DNA from: Solirubrobacteraceae bacterium
Lineage (GTDB): Bacteria; Actinomycetota; Thermoleophilia; Solirubrobacterales; Solirubrobacteraceae
Direction of reading: 5' to 3'
NCBI GenBank assembly: GCA_035455845.1
Contig: DATIEI010000250.1
Coordinates: 1 to 36,409 of the forward strand
DNA: 36,409 bases
Shown: positions 19,511 to 27,908 of the stretch, piece by piece
How the letters are laid out: each line of letters opens with the position of its first letter
Numbering within the stretch: the first letter of the stretch is position 1
Translations under genes and position numbers: made by a program
Notes under the pieces: generated by a model
Told to the model about the DNA's origin: nothing
What the model saw: the letters and a program-made list of their open reading frames with translations, nothing else
Databases searched by the model: none

Positions 19511-19540
19511 CGAAATGCTTCGACATGCGTCGAAATGTCA
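19511..19540. promoter_or_regulatory. Candidate operator of the MFS gene
   Basis: 10-bp-period repeats CGAAATGCTT/CGACATGCGT/CGAAATGTCA containing the palindrome TTCGAC-N4-GTCGAA (19519-19534). Confidence 0.5.
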
Positions 19541-19546
19541 TGTGCG

Positions 19547-19663
19547 TGGGTCACAACCGCACACTCGCCCGCCGCCCTGGGCCGAGTGTGGATTCCGGCA
19601 CCCATACGGGTCACGAGCGCACTCTCGGCTGCGGCGGCATGGTGAGTGTGCGTTGGTGACCCA
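19547..19663. repeat. REP/BIME-like intergenic element: four ~22-bp units in alternating orientation
   Basis: GGGTCACAACCGCACACTCGCC (19548-19569, fwd); GCCGAGTGTGGATTCCGGCACCC (19581-19603, rev); GGGTCACGAGCGCACTCTCGGC (19608-19629, fwd); GGTGAGTGTGCGTTGGTGACCC (19641-19662, rev). Confidence 0.7.
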
Positions 19664-19683
19664 GCGGGCGCGGACGAACCGCG

Positions 19684-20130
19684 CTACGCCACGTCGAGGA
19701 CCGCGCCACCGGGGATCGCCGCGATCAGCGCCTCGGTGTCGATCTCGAACACCGCGTGCGGCGTGCCCGCCGCGCACCACACGGTGGCGAAGCGGCGCAG
19801 CGACTCGTCGATCAGCGTCTCGAGTGCGCGCTCGTGACCCAGTGGCGGGATGCCGCCGATCGCGAACCCCGTACCGGCGCGCGCCTGCTCAGCGGTGGCC
19901 GCCCGCAACCCCAGCCGGTCCGACGCCACCCGGCGATCGCCGGCGCACAGCACCATCACCGGCTCCTCGTCGCGCATGAACACCAGCGACTTGACGATCT
20001 GTCCGACCTCGCACCCCACGGCGGCCGCTGCCTCGGGTGCCGTGCGCGTCGACTTCGGCAGCACCTGGACGTCGATGTCCAGGCCGCGCTCGTGCAGCCG
20101 CTCCTGGAACCTCGCAGCGGTCGGGTGCAA
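19684..20130 (-). CDS. YbaK/EbsC (aminoacyl-tRNA deacylase-like) family protein
   Basis: STRTAPEAAAAVGCEVGQIVKSLVF, TGFAIGGIPPLGH, WCAAGTPHAVF. TTG start at 20130 just after the cupin stop. Confidence 0.88.
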   Translation of the reverse strand: MHPTAARFQERLHERGLDIDVQVLPKSTRTAPEAAAAVGCEVGQIVKSLVFMRDEEPVMVLCAGDRRVASDRLGLRAATAEQARAGTGFAIGGIPPLGHERALETLIDESLRRFATVWCAAGTPHAVFEIDTEALIAAIPGGAVLDVA

Positions 20131-20131
20131 G

Positions 20132-20563
20132 CTAGTGATACAGCTCGCCAGGGTCGAGATCGGGCGGCATCGGGAGCTCCTGCGGCGATACCGGCTGCTC
20201 GTCGCTCCAGTCGCCGAACGCCTCGCCGTCGCGGCCCTGATGCTCACCGGCGCCACCGAGCGCCACCACCACCACACGGCCGGGACCGCGGTTGACCAGC
20301 TGACGCCTGACCTTTGGCGCCACCCGGATCAGCTCGCCCACCGCGAGTTCGGTCCGCTCGCCCTCGAGCAGCAAGGTCAGCGTGCCCTCGAGCACCAGGT
20401 AGACCTCCTCCTGGTTCTTGTGCCGGTGTATCCGCCCGCGCTGGCCGGGCTGCAAAACGATCTGGTTCATGCCGAACGAGCTCACCCCGAGCTGACGGCG
20501 CAGCGGCAGGAACCGCTCGCCGGTCTCGGGATCGAGGCGCGTGGTGCTCGTGCCCTCTTCCAT
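20132..20563 (-). CDS. Cupin domain protein
   Basis: HRHKNQEEVYLVLEGTLT cupin motif 1; LRRQLGVSSFGMN. Confidence 0.85.
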   Translation of the reverse strand: MEEGTSTTRLDPETGERFLPLRRQLGVSSFGMNQIVLQPGQRGRIHRHKNQEEVYLVLEGTLTLLLEGERTELAVGELIRVAPKVRRQLVNRGPGRVVVVALGGAGEHQGRDGEAFGDWSDEQPVSPQELPMPPDLDPGELYH

Positions 20564-20599
20564 GCCGGAGATATTCGCAGCCGGCGACGGTGAACGTTT

Positions 20600-21310
20600 T
20601 CAGCCCTGAGCGCCGAGTAGGTTCGCCTCGACCCGCGCCAGGTGCGCGGCCATCACCGCCACCGCACGCTCGACTTCGCGCGCGGTGAGCGCATCGACCA
20701 GCTGTTCGTGATCGGCGTGGTAGGCGAGGCGCCGCTCGCGGGAGTCGTTGCGCCGCTTGAGGCTGCCCCACACGGCGCTCTTGCGCGCTCGCTCGACCTC
20801 GTGGTACATCGCGACGAGGAGCGGGTTGCGGCTCGCCGCGACGATCGCGTGGTGCAGAGCGAAGTCCCAGACCTCGAACTCGTCGTAGCTCTGCGCGCCA
20901 GCGCCGCCGGCCAGACAGCGATGCATCTCTTCGAAATCGCGTGCGGTGGCCCAGGCGATGACCAGCGGCAGGACCTGCGGCTCGATCAGACGCCGAGCCG
21001 CCATCACATCGGCCGGACCCACATCCTCTGACCTGGCGCCGTGACGCTCGCGACGCGCCGGCGCCGGCCGCAGATCGCCCCCGCGCAGGAACGTCCCACG
21101 CCCGACCTCGCGTGACACCCGGCCCTCGGCCTCGAGCGCCGCGAGCGCGTGGCGAATCATGGTCCGGGTGATGCCGAGCTCGGCCGCAAGCTGGCGCTCG
21201 GTTGGCAGCTTCATACCGGGGCCTGCTGCGTCACCCCCGCACCGCTCGAGGATCGCCTCAGCCAGCCCGGCGGCGTAGGCAGGCGGATGGGTGGGTGACG
21301 AGGCGGCCAT
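20600..21310 (-). CDS. GntR-family (FadR/FCD) transcriptional regulator
   Basis: KLPTERQLAAELGITRTMIRHAL...GRGTF; FCD-type DFALHHAIVAASRNPLL, DHEQL, MAAHL. Confidence 0.92.
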   Translation of the reverse strand: MAASSPTHPPAYAAGLAEAILERCGGDAAGPGMKLPTERQLAAELGITRTMIRHALAALEAEGRVSREVGRGTFLRGGDLRPAPARRERHGARSEDVGPADVMAARRLIEPQVLPLVIAWATARDFEEMHRCLAGGAGAQSYDEFEVWDFALHHAIVAASRNPLLVAMYHEVERARKSAVWGSLKRRNDSRERRLAYHADHEQLVDALTAREVERAVAVMAAHLARVEANLLGAQG

Positions 21311-21316
21311 GGTTGC

Positions 21317-21420
21317 CAACCAATCCTACCAATCCTCGCTGCGAGAAAACCAACAGAACCTTCATTTGACGGCCATGATGGGTGGTTGTACGTTGTCAAC
21401 CAATCCGACAAATCGGACCA
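21317..21420. promoter_or_regulatory. Candidate FadR-type operator repeats (ACCAATCC)
   Basis: ACCAATCC at 21319-21326, 21328-21335 and 21399-21406; ACAAATCG at 21408-21415. Confidence 0.6.
21366..21394 (+). promoter_or_regulatory. SigA-like promoter for the FAH-liv operon
   Basis: TTGACG-N17-TACGTT. Confidence 0.6.
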
Positions 21421-21458
21421 GGGAGGACGCAGGACGTGACCAACCGCGAGGTGAGCGA

Positions 21459-22367
21459 ATGAGGCTTGCCACCGTCGAGACGTCCCAGGGACCCAGGCTG
21501 CACGTGCGTGGCGTGGACGGCTACGTCGACGTCGCCCGGGCCACCGGCCGGGACGACCTGGTCAGCCTCACTGGGCTGCTCGCCGCCGGCTCCGGCGGTT
21601 GGGATGAGGTCAGGCGGGCCGCGGGGCGCGAAGGTCGCGCCCTCGGCGACGAGGAGCGCGGCCCGGCCGTTCCGGCTCCGCGCCGGATCCTCTGCCTGGG
21701 CGTGAACTACGCCGACCACGCCGCTGAGGGCGGCCGTCCGCTGACCACCTGGCCGGAGGTGTTCGTCCGGGGCGCCGACTCCGTGGCCCCGCCGTACGCC
21801 CCGCTCGTCAAGCCGGCGCTCAGCGAGCGGTTCGACTACGAGGGCGAGCTCGGCGTGGTGATCGGCCGCGGCGGCCGGTACATCCCGGCCGAGGAGGCGC
21901 TCGCCGCCGTCGCCGGGTTCGTGGTGTGCATGGACGGGACCGCGCGCGAATGGCAGCGCGCGGCCACTCAGTGGACGGCCGGGAAGAACTTCGACGCCAC
22001 CATGCCGATCGGACCCGAGCTGGTCACACCCGACGAGGTCGACGTGTCGGACGCCCAACTCACCACCGTGCTCAACGGCGAGGTCATGCAGTCCGCGCGC
22101 ACCTCGCAGATGATCTTCGACGTCCCGCGCACGATCGAGTTCCTCTCGTCGTTCACCACCCTGCGACCCGGCGACGTGATCGCCACCGGGACGCCCGGCG
22201 GGGTCGGTTTCGCCCGTCAGCCGCCGGTCTGGCTGAAGGAGGGCGACACCCTCGAGATCGCGGTCGAGGGCGTCGGCCGGATCGCGAGCCGCGTGGTGGC
22301 CGAGGAACGCGACGGACGCGAGCAGTGGCCTTGGCATCCGCCGGTCAAAACAGGAGTGACGTTCTAG
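21459..22367 (+). CDS. Fumarylacetoacetate hydrolase (FAH) family protein
   Basis: ILCLGVNYADH, DYEGELGVVIG, D..AREWQ, GKNFD, PIGP, LRPGDVIATGTPGGVG. ATG 21459 follows GAGGTGAG. Confidence 0.92.
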   Translation: MRLATVETSQGPRLHVRGVDGYVDVARATGRDDLVSLTGLLAAGSGGWDEVRRAAGREGRALGDEERGPAVPAPRRILCLGVNYADHAAEGGRPLTTWPEVFVRGADSVAPPYAPLVKPALSERFDYEGELGVVIGRGGRYIPAEEALAAVAGFVVCMDGTAREWQRAATQWTAGKNFDATMPIGPELVTPDEVDVSDAQLTTVLNGEVMQSARTSQMIFDVPRTIEFLSSFTTLRPGDVIATGTPGGVGFARQPPVWLKEGDTLEIAVEGVGRIASRVVAEERDGREQWPWHPPVKTGVTF

Positions 22368-22401
22368 CCGTGCGGCCCGAGCGTCACCCGAGGAGGAGAA
22401 C

Positions 22402-23754
22402 ATGTTCGTCCTGAATCTCAGGCGCCGGCGCAGGTGGCCGGTCGCGCTTGCTTCGCTCATCGCCCTCGCCGCGGCCGGATGCGGTAGCGGCTCGGCATCG
22501 GGCGGAGGCAGTGGCGGCGGCGCGGCCACCAACGCGTCGGCTCAGTCCGGCGCCACGCTGACCGTCGCCGACGTGGCACCGTTCACCGGCCCGGACGCGG
22601 CGCTCGGCCCGACCTATCTGGTGTCATGCGACGCCGCCACCAGCGCGATCAACGCCGCCGGCGGCGTGCTCGGTCACAAGCTCAAGTGCAAGGCGGTCGA
22701 CACCCGCGGTGATCCGGCCGACGCGGTTCCCGCGGTGCGTCAGATGTACGCCTCGACCTCGAACCTGCCTCTGGTCATCGGCTGCACGTCCGACGAGGCC
22801 GCCTCGGTGGTGCCGATCTTCACCGCCAACAAGACCGTGTCGTTCTGCATGACCGGTCAGTCGGAGTTCGACCACGTCAAGTTCCCCTACTTCTACCGAC
22901 TGGTCCCGCCTGACCTGTCGGAGTCCTACGCGATGATCTGGATCGCCAACAACATGCGCCACTACAAGCGGGTGGCGCTGGCTTTCGGCAACGACATCGG
23001 TTCCCAGACATTCATCCAGCCGGCCATCGCGGCGATCAAGAAGGCCGGCCAGACCCTGGTGGCCAACGAGACCCTCGATCTCAACTCGACCACGTTCCGC
23101 ACCGAGGCCGCGAAGATCGTCGCCGCCAAGCCCGACGTGATCCTCACCGAGGCGCTCGGACCACCCGAGGCCGCATTCCTGTCCGAGGTCAAGCAGCTGA
23201 ACGGCGGCAAGCTCCCGCCGGTCATCGGCACCTCGGCGACGATTTCTCCCGACTGGTTCAAGTCGGTGTCGGCGGCAGTGGGCGGGAACGCGTTCGCGAA
23301 CTTCTGGGCCGACAACCTGGTGACCGAGACGAGCGGCCCCGCGTTCAGCGCGTTCTCGAAGGCGATCTATGCCGAGAAGGGGAAGGTCGGCCAGACCGGT
23401 GACTTCTCCACTTACCTCACCGCGCCGGGCGCGGTTCACCTCTACGACGGGATCAACCTGGCCGCGCTGGCGATGATCCAGTGCAAGTCGACGAGCCCCA
23501 CCGTGTTCAAGACATGCATCGAGAAGATCGGCGACGGCTCACCTGGCGCGACCACCGTGTCCTCGTTCGCCGAGGGCGCCGCCGCGCTCAAGCAGGGCAA
23601 GACGATCCGCTACGTCGGGCCGGGTGGGCCAACCAGCTTCGACGCCTACCACGACTCGACCGGCATCTTCCAGGTCGATACCTACAGCCCCCAGGGGCAG
23701 GTGAACGTCGTCGCCAACATCCCGACCGCCCAGCTCCGCGCCCTCGGACTGTGA
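22402..23754 (+). CDS. Liv-type (branched-chain amino acid family) ABC substrate-binding lipoprotein
   Basis: Lipobox AAGC, PFTGPDA, INAAGGVLG, DTRGDP, YFYRLVPPD; RBS GAGGAG. Confidence 0.88.
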   Translation: MFVLNLRRRRRWPVALASLIALAAAGCGSGSASGGGSGGGAATNASAQSGATLTVADVAPFTGPDAALGPTYLVSCDAATSAINAAGGVLGHKLKCKAVDTRGDPADAVPAVRQMYASTSNLPLVIGCTSDEAASVVPIFTANKTVSFCMTGQSEFDHVKFPYFYRLVPPDLSESYAMIWIANNMRHYKRVALAFGNDIGSQTFIQPAIAAIKKAGQTLVANETLDLNSTTFRTEAAKIVAAKPDVILTEALGPPEAAFLSEVKQLNGGKLPPVIGTSATISPDWFKSVSAAVGGNAFANFWADNLVTETSGPAFSAFSKAIYAEKGKVGQTGDFSTYLTAPGAVHLYDGINLAALAMIQCKSTSPTVFKTCIEKIGDGSPGATTVSSFAEGAAALKQGKTIRYVGPGGPTSFDAYHDSTGIFQVDTYSPQGQVNVVANIPTAQLRALGL

Positions 23755-23776
23755 GTGAGACCCGCCTGATCATGCG

Positions 23777-24643
23777 GTGAGCGTCTTCGTCGAATCGATC
23801 GGCTTCGGCCTGGTGACCGCCGCGGTGCTCGCCGTGGCCTCGGTCGGCTTCACTCTGCAGTTCGCGGTCACCAACGTGTTGAACCTGGCTTACGGCGGGG
23901 TGATGGTCGTCTCGGCGTACGCGGCGTACGCGGTCAACCAGCGCGGGATGTCGATCTGGATCAGCGCGCTCGCCGGCATCGCGGCGGGCGCGCTGCTGTC
24001 GTTCATCCTCAACAACCTCATCTACACGCCGTTCCAGCGAAAAGGCACCTCTCCGATTGGGATGGTGATCGTGTCACTGGGCATGACGCTGATCCTGGTG
24101 TTCGGAACCCAGGCGATCGCGGGACCGACCAACGTGTCCTACACGGCCAGCCAGGGTGCGACGGTCAAGCCGCTCGGGTTCGACCTGACCGTCGTTCAGC
24201 TCGTGATCATCGCGCTCAGCATCGTGCTGATGGTGCTCGTGCACGTGCTGATCCGGTACACCCGCCTCGGCAAGGCGATGCGCGCCACGTCGGCCAACCG
24301 CAACCTGGCACGCAACTGCGGGATCCGGACCGACCGGGTGGTGACGATCACGTGGTTGATCACCGGAGCGCTGTGCGGCCTGGCCGGCGTGGTGTTCGCG
24401 CTCGACTCGGGCACGTTCGGCGCCACCAGCACCGACCTGTTCCTGGTGCTGATCCTGGCCGCGGTGTTCCTGGGCGGCCCCGGCGAGCCGTACGGCGCGA
24501 TGCTCGGCGCGCTGGTCATCGGCGTGGCCACCGAGGTCAGCGCGTCGATCATCGTGTCCGACTACAAGGACGTCGTGGCGTTCGTGATCCTGATCGCGAT
24601 GCTGGCCCTGCGCCCCAGCGGCCTGCTCGGAGCCAGCGCGTAG
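23777..24643 (+). CDS. Liv-type ABC permease (LivH-like)
   Basis: NVLNLAYG, TRLGKAMRATSAN, AAVFLGG. Confidence 0.92.
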   Translation: MSVFVESIGFGLVTAAVLAVASVGFTLQFAVTNVLNLAYGGVMVVSAYAAYAVNQRGMSIWISALAGIAAGALLSFILNNLIYTPFQRKGTSPIGMVIVSLGMTLILVFGTQAIAGPTNVSYTASQGATVKPLGFDLTVVQLVIIALSIVLMVLVHVLIRYTRLGKAMRATSANRNLARNCGIRTDRVVTITWLITGALCGLAGVVFALDSGTFGATSTDLFLVLILAAVFLGGPGEPYGAMLGALVIGVATEVSASIIVSDYKDVVAFVILIAMLALRPSGLLGASA

Positions 24644-24652
24644 CGCCGGGCG

Positions 24653-26443
24653 ATGGCCTACTACATCACCACGCTCCTCGTCTACGCCGGCGTCGACGCC
24701 ATCGCCTGCCTGGGGCTCAGCCAGCAGTTCGGGATCGGCGGGGTCACGAACTTCGGATTCATCATCTTCCAGGCCGCGGGGGCATACGCGGCCGCCGTGC
24801 TGTCGCTGCCCGCGCAGAGCGCCAACGGTGGATTTCAGTCCTACATCGGCGGCCTGGGCCTTCCCTTCCCGCTGCCCTGGATCGGCGCCGCGCTGGTCGG
24901 CGGGCTCATCTCGATTCCGTTCGCGGCCGTGGTGGGACGGCGCCTGCGCGGCGACTTCGCCGCGGTCGGCCTGCTGGTCACCGCGGTCATGTTCAACCTG
25001 CTGGTCACCAACTACAAGCCGCTGGTGAACGGCGCCGCCGGCCTCTCGCTGGTGCCGGCGCCCCTCGAGAACACGTTCAATCCGCAATCGGTCAATTACC
25101 AGTGGGGCTACGGCATCGTCGCACTCGCGCTCGCGTTCCTCACCTACCGGTTCGTGGTCCGGGTGACCGAGTCGCCCTACGGCCGGTCCCTGCGCGCGAT
25201 GCGCGACAACGACCTGGTGGCTGACTCGCTGGGCAAGAACCTCGCCGCGCTGCGCACCTCCTCGCTGGTCATCGGGGGTGCCATCGCCGGCCTGTCCGGT
25301 GGCGTGCTGGTCGGATTCATCAGCCTGTGGGATCCTCAGGCCTGGGGGTATGCCGAGACCGTGGTGCTGTTCGCCGCGGTGATCATCGGCGGCCTGGGCA
25401 ACCATCGCGGGGCGGTTCTCGGCGCGATCCTCGTGCCGGTCACGTTCGAGGAGGCCACGCGCTACATACCGGCCAACGCCAACAACCCCGATCTCGTGCC
25501 CGCGCTGCAGTGGGTGGTGATCGGCCTGCTGATCGTGCTGTTCCTGTGGTTCCGGCCCCAGGGGATCCTTCCCGAGCGACGACGCGTGATCGTGGGCGAG
25601 CGTCCGCAGCCGCCCGAGGCACCCGACGCCGACCTGCCCACGGCGGCCGCGACCGCGATCACCGCCCCGCGCGACCCTTACGCCGGCAACGTGATGCTCA
25701 GCTGCTCGGGCCTGACCCGCAGCTTCGAGGGCGTGCACGCGGTCGACGACGTCTCGATGTCGTTCGAGCGCGGCCGGCTGACCGGGATCATCGGGCCGAA
25801 CGGCGCGGGCAAGTCGACCGCGCTCGCCATGCTCGCCGGCACCCTGCCGCCAACTGCGGGCACCATCACCTACCGCGACCAGGACGTCACCGGCCTGCCC
25901 GCTTACCGCCGCGCCCGCCTCGGCCTGGTCCGCACGTTTCAGCTGGCCAGCGAGTTCAAGCGCCTGACCGTGATCGAGAACCTCCTGTCCGCGATCCCCG
26001 AGCAGCGCGGGGACAGCGTCAAGGGGGCGCTCCTAGGGCGCCGGTACTGGGGCGCGCAGGAGCGCGACGCGGTCGAGCAGGCGCGGGCGATGCTCGACCG
26101 CTTCGGGCTGCTCGACCTGGCCGACCGCTATGCCGGGGATCTGAGCGGCGGCCAGCGGCGGCTGGTCGAGATCATGCGCGCGCTGATGACCGCTCCAGAG
26201 GTACTGCTGCTGGACGAGCCGATGGCCGGCGTCCATCCGCGGCTCGCACATCAGATCGGCATGCGGCTCGTCTCGCTGTGTGAGGCGGGCATGACCGTGG
26301 TGATGGTCGAGCACGAGCTGTCGATCATGGACGAGTTCTGCGATCCGGTGATCGTGATGGCTGAGGGGCGGGTGCTGGCCGAGGGAACGATGGAGACGCT
26401 GCGGGCCCGCGAAGAGGTCGTAGAGGCTTATCTTGTCGGCTGA
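24653..26443 (+). CDS. Fused Liv-type permease/ATPase (LivM-LivG-like)
   Basis: LRGDFAAV, SPYGRSLRAMRDN, FRPQGI, then GPNGAGKS, LSGGQRR, LLLDEP, EAYL. Confidence 0.92.
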   Translation: MAYYITTLLVYAGVDAIACLGLSQQFGIGGVTNFGFIIFQAAGAYAAAVLSLPAQSANGGFQSYIGGLGLPFPLPWIGAALVGGLISIPFAAVVGRRLRGDFAAVGLLVTAVMFNLLVTNYKPLVNGAAGLSLVPAPLENTFNPQSVNYQWGYGIVALALAFLTYRFVVRVTESPYGRSLRAMRDNDLVADSLGKNLAALRTSSLVIGGAIAGLSGGVLVGFISLWDPQAWGYAETVVLFAAVIIGGLGNHRGAVLGAILVPVTFEEATRYIPANANNPDLVPALQWVVIGLLIVLFLWFRPQGILPERRRVIVGERPQPPEAPDADLPTAAATAITAPRDPYAGNVMLSCSGLTRSFEGVHAVDDVSMSFERGRLTGIIGPNGAGKSTALAMLAGTLPPTAGTITYRDQDVTGLPAYRRARLGLVRTFQLASEFKRLTVIENLLSAIPEQRGDSVKGALLGRRYWGAQERDAVEQARAMLDRFGLLDLADRYAGDLSGGQRRLVEIMRALMTAPEVLLLDEPMAGVHPRLAHQIGMRLVSLCEAGMTVVMVEHELSIMDEFCDPVIVMAEGRVLAEGTMETLRAREEVVEAYLVG

Positions 26444-27218
26444 CCGGGATGGGGCCGTGGCGCTGATCGATCATCCGGTGGGCGGCATCGAGCTCCGCAC
26501 GGTCGAGCTGACTGCGGGCTATGAGCGCAGCCCGGTCGTGCACGGCGTATCGATCGCAGTGTCCCCGGGAGAGGTCGTCTCAATCGTCGGCCCGAATGGC
26601 TCGGGCAAGAGCACCCTGCTCAAGGCGATCGTTGGGCTGGTCGAGGTCATGGCCGGGCGCGTCGTGGTCGGTGACCAGGACGTCACCGGCTGGCCATCGG
26701 AAAACGTCGCCCGGATCGGTGTGGGCTATGTGCCGCAGATCGACGACGTGTTCGCGCCGCTCACCGTCCGCGAGAACCTCGAGATGGGCGGCTACCTGCT
26801 CAGGCCGCGTGAGCTGCCGGCCCGGATCGCGCACGTGCTCGAGGTGTTTCCACGCCTGCGCACAATGCTCACCCGGCGCGCCGGCAAGCTGAGCGGCGGC
26901 GAGCGCAAGATGCTCGCCATGGGCCGCGCGCTGATGCTCGAGCCGTCACTTGTCGTCCTCGACGAGCCGACCGCGAACCTCGCCCCCGCGATCGCGGCGT
27001 CCGTGCTCGGTGAACACGTGCGCCGGTTGGCCACCACCGGTGCCTCGGTGCTCGTGGTCGAGCAACGCGCGCGCGCCGTGCTCGAGATCTCAGACCGCAC
27101 GTACGTGCTGGGCGGCGGGCGACTCGTCATGGAGGGCACCCCCGCGGAGCTCGGCGCGAGCCCCGAGTTCGTCGAGTCGTTCCTCGGCGGCGGGCGGCCG
27201 CGGCGGCCCGGCGATTAG
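26433..27218 (+). CDS. Liv-type ABC ATP-binding protein (LivF-like)
   Basis: GPNGSGKS, LSGGERKMLAMGRALM, LDEPT, VEQ. Confidence 0.92.
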   Translation: MSADRDGAVALIDHPVGGIELRTVELTAGYERSPVVHGVSIAVSPGEVVSIVGPNGSGKSTLLKAIVGLVEVMAGRVVVGDQDVTGWPSENVARIGVGYVPQIDDVFAPLTVRENLEMGGYLLRPRELPARIAHVLEVFPRLRTMLTRRAGKLSGGERKMLAMGRALMLEPSLVVLDEPTANLAPAIAASVLGEHVRRLATTGASVLVVEQRARAVLEISDRTYVLGGGRLVMEGTPAELGASPEFVESFLGGGRPRRPGD

Positions 27219-27889
27219 GCGAACGCCGGGATGCCGGTGATCGCCCGCCCCATGATCAGCGTGTGGACCTCGTCCGTTCCCTCGTAGGTGCGCACGGCCT
27301 CGAGGTTGTTGGCGTGGCGCATCGGCGTGTGATCGAGCGTGATCCCGTCGGCGCCGAGCAGCGTGCGGGCCTCGCGGCAGATCGCGATCGCCTCGCGCAC
27401 GTTGTTGAGCTTGCCGAACGAGATCTGCTCGGGCCTGAGCGTTCCGGCATCCTTGCTGCGGCCGGTGTGCAAGGCGACCAGTAGGCCCTTCTGGATCTCC
27501 AGAACCATGTCAACGAGCTTCTGCTGGGTGAGCTGGAAGCTCGCGATCGGCCGGTCGAACTGGTGGCGCTGCACGGAATAGGCCAGCGCCGACTCATACG
27601 CGTCGCGGGCGGCGCCGAGCGCGCCCCACATGATCCCGTAGCGCGCCTCGTTCAGACACGACAGGGCCGCCTTGAGACCGGTCGCGTCGGGAAGCATGTC
27701 CTCCTCGCCCAACCGCACATCATCGACGGCGACGTCGCACTGGATCGACGCGCGCATGCCGAGCTTCGGTTCGATGTTCCGAGCGCTGGACCCCGGACTT
27801 GAAGTCGGCACCAGGAAGCCGCGGATGCCGTCGTCGGTCCTGGCCCAGATGACCGCCACGTCCGCGATCGAGGCCAGCCCGATCCACCG
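27215..27889 (-). pseudogene. 5'-truncated acyl-CoA dehydrogenase (glutaryl-CoA dehydrogenase-like), C-terminal ~224 aa only
   Basis: RWIGLASIADVAVIWA, KLGMRASIQ, CLNEARYG, RHQFDRPIASFQLTQQKL, ARTLLGADGI, TYEGTDEVH. Homology begins 20 bp from the LacI stop, leaving no room for the N-terminal domain. Confidence 0.85.
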
Positions 27890-27908
27890 CAGGGTGCGCC
27901 GCGGGCCG

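Noticed and set aside
19547-19663. Possible mini-CRISPR array
   Set aside because: Units alternate in orientation, are degenerate, have 4-11 bp spacers, and there are no cas genes
19828-19840. 13-bp inverted copy (GCGCTCGTGACCC) of repeat unit 3 inside ybaK
   Set aside because: It lies in the conserved PPLGH coding region; probably chance in GC-rich DNA, though long-range pairing is not excluded
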